Source: Octopus vulgaris (Eukaryota). From it: a stretch of 64,000 bases of DNA. The stretch is from positions 163,494,001 to 163,558,000 of the forward strand of contig OX597815.1 of NCBI GenBank assembly GCA_951406725.2, read 5' to 3'. Both the position numbers and the translations under genes were made by a program. The notes beneath the pieces are model-generated. The model did no database searches. It was not told where the DNA came from and saw nothing but the letters and a program-made list of their open reading frames with translations. Shown here piece by piece: positions 54,255 through 64,000 of this stretch (position 1 is the stretch's first letter; each line of letters begins with the position of its first letter).

Positions 54255-54660
54255 CTAAAGACGCTTACAATGCCAGTGATTATAGGAGCACTTGAAATGA
54301 TCAATAAAGGAACCGAAAATTATTTAAGAATGATCCCTGGATTACCATCCATGCAGGAAGCGCAAAAGATTGTATTAACTGGTACGTCACACACATATTG
54401 ACAAGAGCATTGCCGCTGTGAATTTTCATTTCCTTTTTTTTTTGCCCTTTATTTTCTTTGCTTACTTTTATATTTTATATTTTTTTCTTTTTCTCTCTGT
54501 CTTTCTTCCCCTTTTTCCGGTCACATAACTTTGTAAATGAACAATCTGGTGTGTTTATTTTAATGGCCTACAAATGTATACAGTGCGGGACTCTGCCCTA
54601 GGTGTCAGGAAGGCACTCGAAAAGAAAAGGAAGCAGACTTGAAAGAAGATTATAATGAAA
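54255..54660 (+). mobile_element. Second Dong/R4 3' end of the same family
   Basis: MPVIIGALEMINKGTENYLRMIPGLPSMQEAQKIVLTGTSH; UTR similar to 53540-53640; followed by (TAA)n. Confidence 0.8.
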
Positions 54661-54693
54661 ATGGTGATAATAATAATAATAATGATAATAATA

Positions 54694-54738
<45 letters not shown>

Positions 54739-55349
54739 TAACGAAACCCATAACAAAACCAAGCAAAAGAACGGCGGACAGATAATCATAAATGCTATAA
54801 AATAGTTGATTTAGGAGTTACACACACATACTACTATGCAACACCCCTCCTAAATCATACAAGAATAAACTCATACTGTAAATACCCAACAAAATTAACA
54901 AAATCCACATGTGTCATAGAAGGTCGATACCCTACAGAAGAACACGACCTGCGCTACACAAAAAACACACAAGATAAAAACTAATACAACCGAAGAATCA
55001 AGCAAAACCCCATAACAAAACGTACTGATACAATACACTATGCCCCCGCCGCCCAAAAAATGCAACACACACCACACCATACCACCAGTACAAAGGTGCA
55101 GCAAATAATGCAATAGAAAGTTGCTTGAAACTTTCAGATACCGAGAAACAATAGTGGTGATGACGATGGTGATGAACGTTGGATTACCTCAGTTTATGAG
55201 AGACAGGAGTTTCCGAAAAACTCTGGTTGTAACAGCGAAAAGGAAGGTGAGCTGTTAAGGGAAGACCATTCGCTCGGCAGTGGATCAGTAAAGATGCAGA
55301 CCGACCACACCTATCATCCTAATACACCATCAGCTGATAATAGAGCAAG

Positions 55350-57630
55350 GAGGGGGGAGTGAACCAGAGAAGAAAACAGGATAGACTGCTAGCATTAAAA
55401 GACATCAACAGAAGGAAGCTACAAGAAATGATTAGAAAAGTAGATTCTCTTATCAGGAGGATAAATACTACAAATATAGAAGACACTAATTTATTGATCT
55501 ATGCGGGAGTAGTAGTAGTCACCAGAAGAAGCAGAAAGGATTTGGGACAGTAATAGAAGAGTTGAAACAGCGTATCATAGCAGTAGCGGGCAAGCTCTCT
55601 AGATATCAGAAAAGAATAGATCAGTATCGATAAAATAGATTATTTGACACAGATCAGAGGAGATGTTATAACCAAAGAAATAGTGGAGAACCAAGTACTG
55701 AAGATGAGAAACCTAGTGCAGAGGAAGCTAGAAAGATCTGGAGAAATATTTGGGATAAACCAGTCAATGATAATGGAGATGCAGTATGGTTAAAAGAAGT
55801 GAGAGAAGAAGTAGTGAGTGAGAAGCAGCCAGATTTAAGATTAGCTAGTGCATTAATGAGTAAAGTGTTAGGAAAAATGCTAAATTGGAAGGGACCAGGA
55901 CCAGATTTTGTTCATGGGTACTGGCTAAAGAAATTCAGTTGTTTACATGAGAAGCTGGGGAACAACTTCAGGATTGCTTAAAGGAGGAATAATACTAGAT
56001 TAGATGACTAGAGAAAGGACAATACACATGAGGAATAAGAGCAGCAAGGGCGATACGGCTAGCAGCCAATCACTTGCTTATCATTAGTGTGGAAGCTGTT
56101 AACAGGAATGCTTTCAGAAAGCCTTTATGAGCACCATGACGACCAGAATTTTCTACCAGAAGAACAGTAAGTTTGCAGGAAGAAGGCTAGAGGAACACAT
56201 GATCTATTATATCTAGACAAAGCAGTTCTAAATGAAGTAAAAGTTAGAAAACAATAGCATGGATAGATTATAGGAAGGCTTATGACATGATCCCACACAC
56301 ACGGATAAGTGAATGCTTGAGTATGTTCAGTATAGCAGTCAATACAAGAGAATTAATTAGCTTTAGCACAAAGAAATGGAAAGTCAATCAATATTCAGGT
56401 GACATACTCATAGGGAAAGTTAATATAAAAAAAGGAATTTTTGAGAGGAACGCGTTTAATGTTTGTTCTATGTTTGATCTCCACTCAGTTTGGTATTAAG
56501 GAAGGCTAAGGGAGGGTATCAGTTCAGAAAGAGTAATGGTAAAATTTGCTCTACATGGATGATGCGAAATTTTGGTAAGAATGAAAAAGAGACAAATTCT
56601 TTAATACAGATTGTAAGTCTCTTCAGCAAAGGCATGGTATTTGGCATAGATAAATGTGCAATATTAGTCATGAGAAGGAGATAGGTAGTCAACAGCGAAG
56701 GCATCAAATTACCAGATGGCCACACATAAAAATCATTGAAAGCAGGAAAGAGTTATAAGTATCTAGGAGTATTAGAATATGACAGAGTAGGAGTACATCA
56801 GAAAAGGTGAGGAAACTAATGAAGTCAAAGCTAAATCGTCCGAATCTAGTGAAGGCTGTAAATATTTGAGCAGTATCATTACTTAAATACTCAGCAACTT
56901 TTGTAGAGAGGACAAAAACTGAATTTGCAAGGCTAGACAGAACAAGGAATGGATTCAATATGAATGGAGGACTCCACCCAAGGGAAGGAGAAGCAAGATT
57001 ATACCCACCTAGAAAGGAGGATGGAAGAGGCTTAATATCAGTGGAAGACTGCGTGGAGTTAGCTAGAGTAGATATAGACAACTATGTATTTAATAGTGAA
57101 GAAAGTTTATTAAAAGCTGCCAGAGTCACAGAAATACATAGGGAATCCAAAATACCAAACGAACTTAAGCATCAGAAAAAAGAACAGAAATTATTTGACT
57201 GGTAGGAGAATGCGTTGCATAGTAGATTCCCAAAGATAATTTCAGCAAATAGTAGTAGTGAGACATGGTTATGGTTGCAGAAGGGAAAACTGAAGAGGGA
57301 GACAGAAAGTTTGTTAGAAGCTGCACAAGATCAAGCATTAAGGGCTAATTGGATAAAAGCCAAAATAGACAAAAGCCAAGTTGATTTCCAATGTAGATTA
57401 TGCAAATCAAAAGAGGGAATAGTTACTCATATAGTGATTGTAGCATGCTGTCACAGAAAGAACACAAGAAAAGACATAACAATCTAGGGAGAGCAATCCA
57501 CTGGGAGCTTTGTAGAAAGCTAGAATCTGAACACACTGATAAAAGATATGAACATGAACCTAGTAAAGTACTAGAAAGTAAGTAATACAAGATGTAGGAC
57601 TTTAACATTCGGACTGACAGAGCAATAGAA
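55350..57630 (+). pseudogene. Decayed Dong/R4-clade reverse transcriptase polyprotein
   Basis: NWKGPGPDFVHGYWLK, PITCLSLVWKLLT, LPEEQ, AWIDYRKAYDMIPH, LYMDD, FGIDKCA, YKYLG, RLYPPRKEDGRGL, AAQDQAL, CRLCK..HI..C, RHNNLGRAIHW; many stops and frameshifts. Confidence 0.92.
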
Positions 57631-57634
57631 TGAT

Positions 57635-57790
57635 ATTTTCTACTCTAGGCAAAAGGCCCGAAATTTTTGAGGAGGGACCCAGTCGATTAGATCGACCCCA
57701 ATGCTCAACTGTTACTTATTTCATCGACTCCGAAACGGTGAAAACGCGTAATTTGAACCCAGGACGTAAAGCCGGAATATATGCTGCAAC
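57635..57790 (-). mobile_element. SINE family A (tail type 2) truncating the Dong remnant
   Basis: tactctaggcaaaaggcccgaaattttt..gtcgattagatcgaccccaatg. Confidence 0.7.
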
Positions 57791-58234
57791 ATATCAATGA
57801 AGATCATGATGATGATGATGATGATGAAGGTGGTGATGGTGATGATTATGGTAATTTTCCTTCCTCATCCTCTTCACCTGTGACTTTTATCTTTTATCCT
57901 TCTCCTTTCTCAACCTGCTTCAGATTGCTCTTCATCTTTTCTTTATCTTCTACATCACCAGTTATTTATATAGTCAGATCAGAGCGTCAGTGCCAGAGCA
58001 AGATGACCCGAATTGCAGATATTTGCATCCAATGTCTGAAAGTTTGTTGGTTCTCTTTTTCTTTCCTTTATATTTCTTTTCTTTTCTTTCTTTTTTTTTT
58101 GCTTTCTTTTGTGTGTGTTTCTGGCATGCTATACACATCAAAGTGGACTCGAGTCATTAGTAGAGCCGTGGACTTTGTGATAACACCTGACTGGTCAGTA
58201 CCAATAAAAAGAGTGTGGAGCTAATTCTGACTTG

Positions 58235-58373
58235 GCGATGACGATGTCGACGACGACGACGACGACGATGGCGACGACGGCGACGACGTTGATGATGACG
58301 ACCGCTACGATGACGATAATGTTCATGGTGATGAAGCTGGTGTTCTTAGTATATTGATGATGGTGATAATGAC

Positions 58374-58412
<39 letters not shown>

Positions 58413-58612
58413 AATGATGATGACGATGATGATGATGATGATGATGATAATGCTGATGATTGTTCATGGCTATGAAGTTGGTGTTGGTAGTATGATGATT
58501 ATGATGATGTTGAGGAGGAAGATGAGGATGAGGATGAGGATGAGGATGATGATGATGATGATGATGATGAGGATGATGATATGGAGAAGACCGACGACGA
58601 TGACGATGATTT
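58235..58612. repeat. (GAT)/(GAC) trinucleotide tract
   Basis: Seen directly. Confidence 0.9.
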
Positions 58613-58841
58613 ATTGTGAGGATAGCGCCCATGTTAACGCTACAAAATTTTGCCAACTTGGTTCGTTACCATTTTTGAAGTAACTGGCATATGTTTAACA
58701 TTCTACGGACGATTTCTCTTTTATTATCCTTTAATCAATGTTCCAACAAATTGATTCCAATACAGAATTCGAAATATTTGAATACTTCACTCTACACATC
58801 AAACACACAAATAAATAAACAGATACATACATACATACATG

Positions 58842-58914
<73 letters not shown>

Positions 58915-59094
58915 ATATACATCACACGCACATAAACCCGTTGGAACTCTCTCATACAGAAATACATTAATACTGCTTCTGTATATTCTCACAATAGTAA
59001 CACATTTCAGAAATTGATATCTACGCCATCTTTAATACATCTCAGTAGGTGTTAGTCCCTCGTATACATGAATACGTACAAGGATAGTAAGTAC

Positions 59095-59582
59095 AGTGGT
59101 GTGGCTGAACGTGTTTGTTAAGATGTTTGCTTCTAAATCGCATGGTTATGGGTTCAGCCCCACTGCGTGGAACCTTGGGCAAGTCTTTTCTGCTATAAGT
59201 TCCGTCCGACGAAAGCCTTCCTAGTGGATTTGATTGACGGAAACTGAAAAAAGCCCGTCGTATATATGTATATGTATATATACATTTATATATACATATG
59301 TGTGTGTATGTATCTGTGTGTGTGTTTGTATGTGTGTGCGTGTATCTGTGTGTGTGTGCGCGTGTGCGTCCTTGTGTTTGTGTTTGTCCCTCATCACTAC
59401 TTGACAACCGGTATAGGTGTGTTTACGTCCCCGTAACTTAGCAGTTCGGCAAAAGACCAATATAGTAAGTACTAGGTTTAGAAAAGAATAAATCCTGAGG
59501 TCGATCTATTCGACTAAAATCCTTCAAGGCGGTCCTCCAACATAGCTGCAGTCAAATGGCTGAAACAAGTAGAAGATAAAAG
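59095..59582 (+). mobile_element. SINE family B, full length
   Basis: ggttcagccccactgcgtggaaccttgggcaag..cgtccccgtaacttagcagttcggc..gaaacaagtagaag. Confidence 0.82.
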
Positions 59583-59711
59583 CTATATATATATGTATAT
59601 ATATAATGTAATATAATCTGATTACACTGCAGTTCTGTATCGTTTGTATCAGAGGAATGGTAGTAAAAGTTCTGTCTCAAATTTCACAGCATTTAAAAAA
59701 TTTTCTTTTTT

Positions 59712-59890
59712 ATCTTTTACTTGTTTCAGTCATTGGATTGCGGCCATACCAGGGCATGGACTGGAAGGGATTAATTGAACAAATCGAACCTGTAGGTATC
59801 TTTTTCTCTATTTTTTATTTATTTTACCTATAGTACTTACTCTAGCAATTCTCTTTTGCCGAACTGCTAAATTACGGGAATGTAAACAGG
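59712..59890 (-). mobile_element. SINE family B, 3' half (inverted relative to its neighbours)
   Basis: tcttttacttgtttcagtcattgg..ttttgccgaactgctaaattacggg. Confidence 0.7.
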
Positions 59891-60069
59891 CACAGCTAGA
59901 GTTGTGAATAAAGAAAAGCTTGGTTTACAATGTTTGCAGTCGTGTATGCTTGTCAAAAGCATCGATCATTAGGCATCAACGGAACCGCAAATGGAAATTA
60001 TAAGTTAGTCCTAGACTGCACAATGTTTCTAAAGGTCAGCAATGGTTTTCCTCGTTCACAAGTGGACGG

Positions 60070-60419
60070 CTGTGTGGCGCCTTGAGCAAGTGTCTTCTAC
60101 TATAGTCTCCCACCGACCAAAGCTTTATGAGTGGATTTGGTAGATGGAAAATGAAAGAAGCACGTCGTATATGTATATATTTTATGTATGTATTTTTGTG
60201 TCTGTGGTTGTCCCCTTCCCCATCACCCCTTGACAACCGATATTAGTGCGCTTACGTCCCCGTAACTTAGCGGTTCGGCAAAAGAGACAGATAGAATAAT
60301 AGATACCAGGCTTGCAAAGAGTAAGTCCTGGGGTCTATTTCTTCGACTAAAAAGTTCTTTAAGGTTGTGCTCATGCATGGCTGCAGTCAAATGACTGAAA
60401 TAATTACACGAATAAAAGA

Positions 60420-60420
<1 letters not shown>
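60070..60420 (+). mobile_element. SINE family B
   Basis: ccttgagcaagtgtcttctactatag..cgtccccgtaacttagcggttcggcaaaagagac. Confidence 0.82.
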
Positions 60421-60443
<23 letters not shown>

Positions 60444-60452
<9 letters not shown>

Positions 60453-60520
60453 TAAGAGAATGGTCACTATGTGGCTCATTCTAGCACACAAAAATAGTGA
60501 CCATTCTCTTATATTTATTT
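60444..60520. repeat. Perfect 27-bp inverted repeat with a 23-nt spacer
   Basis: aaataaatataagagaatggtcactat / atagtgaccattctcttatatttattt. Confidence 0.9.
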
Positions 60521-60644
60521 TTGTATAAAATATTATAATATATTATAAAATATTATAATAATCCAGGTTTCTCGAGGCACTGGGCCACTTGGTGTTGAAT
60601 AGTTATGCTATTAAATTAGTATCTAATTCTCTCACCCTTATTAA

Positions 60645-60725
<81 letters not shown>

Positions 60726-60788
60726 CATACATATATATATATACACATATATACTTATCGATTTATAGATTTATATATATATATATAT

Positions 60789-60824
<36 letters not shown>

Positions 60825-60827
60825 GTA

Positions 60828-60982
60828 GTTAATCCAAACATGAACAAATAGAAAACTCAACAACGCGAGGACGTGGAACAAGTATAGTGTTATTGGACAC
60901 TCAGGACAGGAAAGAAGGAGGAGTTAACGTTTCGAGCGAAGCTCTTCGTCAGAAACATAGAAAATGAAAAGGTCCAAAGAAG

Positions 60983-61049
<67 letters not shown>

Positions 61050-61234
61050 TAAGAAGAGAATATCAATAACGAGTAAAATATACGAAAACACATAACGAGA
61101 GACAAGTACAGAACAAAATACCAAATGAAGTCTAACTCTTCTTCAGTTGTACTCAGGACAGGAAAGAAGGAGGAGTTAACGTTTCGAGCGAAGCTCTTCG
61201 TCAGAAACATAGAAAATGAAAAGGTCCAAAGAAG

Positions 61235-61284
<50 letters not shown>

Positions 61285-61420
61285 AGAAGAGAATATCAAT
61301 AACGAGTAAAACGAGTAAAATAACGAGTAAAATATACGAAAACACATAACGAGAGACAAGTACAGAACAAAATACCAAATGAAGTCTAACTCTTCTTCAG
61401 TTGTCGACAGTTTATTACTT
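60828..61420 (-). mobile_element. Family F element with a 252-bp tandem duplication carrying two minimal HHRs
   Basis: Units 60899-61150 and 61151-61404; GUUU-CUGACGA-A-GAGC-uuc-GCUC-GAAA-CG-UU-AAC at 60923-60956 and 61175-61208. Confidence 0.8.
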
Positions 61421-61594
61421 TTGAGTATATCCTCTGGTACTTAGATGCTATTGTACATATTTTCGTTTCTGCCCTCTTCCCTCCACAATAATTTTATTTC
61501 TTTACTGAACAATGGTTTGTGAGTGAATTTAGTAGACGGGAAACTGTGAAAATCCATCATACATTTCATTAATGTATATGCATAATAAACATTC

Positions 61595-61776
61595 AGTTTT
61601 ACTTCTTTCAGTCAGTTGAGCGCCGCCTTTAGTCGAACGAATTGAGCCCAGGACTTAACCTTTGTAAGCCTAGTACTTATTCTTTCGATATCTTCTGCCA
61701 AACCGCTAAGTTACGGGGGCGTAAACACAGCAACATTGGTTGTCAAGCGATAGCAGGGGACAAACACAGACACACA

Positions 61777-61780
<4 letters not shown>
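61595..61780 (-). mobile_element. SINE family B, 3' half
   Basis: cgcctttagtcgaac..ccgctaagttacggggg..gttgtcaagcgat..ggacaaacacag. Confidence 0.75.
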
Positions 61781-61827
<47 letters not shown>

Positions 61828-62663
61828 TTGTGCGTGTGAAATGAGCACTGTGAAATACAGATAACGTCTCGCTGAGTTGTGTCTGTAATAGGATTTTAAT
61901 TCCAAGTTGTAGCCATTTCATTTCACTTATTGCGATTAATGCCCACGAGAAATACTTAAATATCACACTTGTTTCCTCCAATCCTATTAATCTGAAGCTT
62001 TGTGCCTATGTAAGAAATCAATATCCAATTAGCTGTTGATAGGATGGTGTCAAACCGGAGACCTCAATTTGAGATGTGATGCAAAACCGAAATTTCTGTT
62101 ATTCATTTTGCTTTCGCTTCATGCACACATACGCACGCATGTACGCACGCACGAACGCATGCACGCACGCACGCACACATACACACACGTGCGGGAGCAC
62201 ATGCACGTACGAATACGCACATACATTTACGCACACATATAACTTAGTTATGAATGATAGGTCAAATATTACAATTGGTTATAAAGTTTATGTTAAGGGA
62301 CATAATTCTCCTGGTGTAGAAGCAAAGGATACATATATGTATATATATATACATATATGTATATACATATATATATATGTATATATACATATGTATATAT
62401 GTATGTATATATACATATGCATATATATATGTATGTATATATCCACACACATCCTTCTATGAAGGACATTTAGTGATGGCGAATTGATAATATAAAATGG
62501 ACATAAAGTTAAATGCTCTTGGCTTTAGTAGTTGACATTACCGTTGCAAAATCGACAGGCTTCAAAACTATACTGTTTTTGAGGAGATGCCGAGAATTGA
62601 AGGGACTGACTTTAGGACGGTTAATGATAGCATAACTGTTTTTTTAACATTTCCCCCCCCCCC

Positions 62664-62711
<48 letters not shown>

Positions 62712-63055
62712 TGGAGCCATTGTACCTGTTGGGAAAAGAAATGAGAAAATGAAAATATATACTGTTATTGCATAGTAGCCTTAGAGACAATAGCCAACAT
62801 TCTATAGTTGAGGGTAACGGACGCACAAACTCTACAATCTTTGCGTATGTAAGTGTGGATAAGTATGTATGTATATATATATATATATATGTATATATTG
62901 GCAGGGCTGGCCTGCTAGGTAGCCGGCCAGAATGCTAGAAATAGATCATAAACGATCAAACTACAAGGGAAATTCTCTAGAGGAAGAATTCAGCGAACAC
63001 CAGAACCAAATTTGGCGGGCAGGACATATGAAAAATTAAATAAAAAACAGACTTA

Positions 63056-63131
63056 AATGCATACCTCGGTTTCGGTCTTAACAAAAGAATTACTTGCATA
63101 ATTCAAGTGTCCGTGACTTCTTCAGTACATT
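63056..63131 (-). ncRNA. Type I hammerhead ribozyme (inverted copy), intact
   Basis: AAUGUA-CUGAAGA-A-GUC..ACUUG-loop-CAAGU..GAC-C-GAAA-CCgaGG-UA|UGCAUU; 6-bp stem I. Confidence 0.78.
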
Positions 63132-63661
63132 CGGTCCCCGAGATGCAAACCGCAAGACTAACCCCAGCTCTCTGTGTCAAGACAGACACGTGCTTAGTCT
63201 TACTGATTACATCGGGAATAAAATTTCAAATGTCTTGGTTCCGGCGCGCTAAGAGACTCCTGAAGCGATCAAACTACAAGGGAAATTCTGATCGTTTATG
63301 ATCTATTTCTAGCATTCTGGCCGGCTACCTAGCAGGCCAGCCCTGCCAATATACACATATATTTGAATTTTCTCTGACTCCTCAGATTTTTTGAATGCTG
63401 GACTACTGGTTTTAAATTGATATTAAAATTAATATTAATTTATCTCCCTCAATTTTTAAATATTTAAATTAATACGTTCCCTAGTAGTAAGCTTTACCCG
63501 CAGTGAATTATTCACTGCAGCCCTTCGCTTCAGGAGTCTCTTAGCGCGCCGGAACCAAGACATTTGAAATTTTATTCCCGATGTAATCAGTAAGACTAAG
63601 CACGTGTCTGTCTTGACACAGAGAGCTGGGGTTAGTCTTGCGGTTTGCATCTCGAGGACCG

Positions 63662-63737
63662 AATGTACTGAAGAAGTCACGGACACTTGAATTATGCAAG
63701 TAATTCTTTTGTTAAGACCGAAACCGAGGTAGGCATT
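63662..63737 (+). ncRNA. Type I hammerhead ribozyme (tandem copy)
   Basis: Same motif, but the first base after GUA is G, mismatching the closing pair of stem I. Confidence 0.72.
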
Positions 63738-64000
63738 TAAGTCTGTTTTTTATTTAATTTTTCATATGTCCTGCCCGCCAAATTTGGTTCTGGTGTTCGC
63801 TGAATTCTTCCTCTAGAGAATTTCCCTTGTAGTTTGATCGTTTATGATCTATTTCTAGCATTCTGGCCGGCTACCTAGCAGGCCAGCCCTGCCAATATAC
63901 ACATATATTTGAATTTTCTCTGACTCCTCAGATTTTTTGAATGCTGGACTACTGGTTTTAAATTGATATTAAAATTAATATTAATTTATCTCCCTCAATT

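Larger units (their letters stand above)
62894..64000 (+). mobile_element. Young non-coding HHR element: 546-bp head-to-tail repeat preceded by a 375-bp inverted copy (continues past the window end)
   Basis: 63289-63454 is identical to 63835-64000; 62894-63268 is the reverse complement of 63525-63899 with 2 mismatches seen; starts in (TA)n. Confidence 0.88.

Noticed and set aside
63107-63686. Twin ORFs MSVTSSVHSV.. on opposite strands
   Set aside because: They result from the inverted duplication, start at GTG, are antisense to the ribozyme and have no protein features.

Overview
This is an AT-rich, repeat-saturated animal genomic window with no recognisable host protein-coding exon. The repeat families and very dense (TA)n/(CA)n/(TATG)n/(TAA)n microsatellites look like an octopus-type coleoid cephalopod intron or intergenic region (inference, no search run). 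Almost all listed ORFs are microsatellite artefacts. Supported content: four tRNA-headed SINE families; decayed mariner and DD41D transposase remnants plus MITEs; two non-autonomous Helitrons; RTE, HERO-like and several Dong/R4 non-LTR remnants (Dong in (TAA)n tracts); and two Penelope-like (PLE) GIY-YIG fragments. The main signal not visible in the ORF track is about 18 type-I hammerhead ribozyme (HHR) motifs in many unrelated small non-coding elements, 8 of them with intact CUGANGA and GAAA cores. They include a very young 546-bp tandem plus inverted HHR element at 62.9-64.0 kb and a 485-bp terminally redundant element at 11.3-12.0 kb, consistent with retrozyme-like or PLE-mobilised self-cleaving RNAs. 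A second signal is a SINE that appears to prime at, and re-insert into, its own GGTATTT motif. All folds and alignments were done by eye, and boundaries of degenerate elements are approximate.
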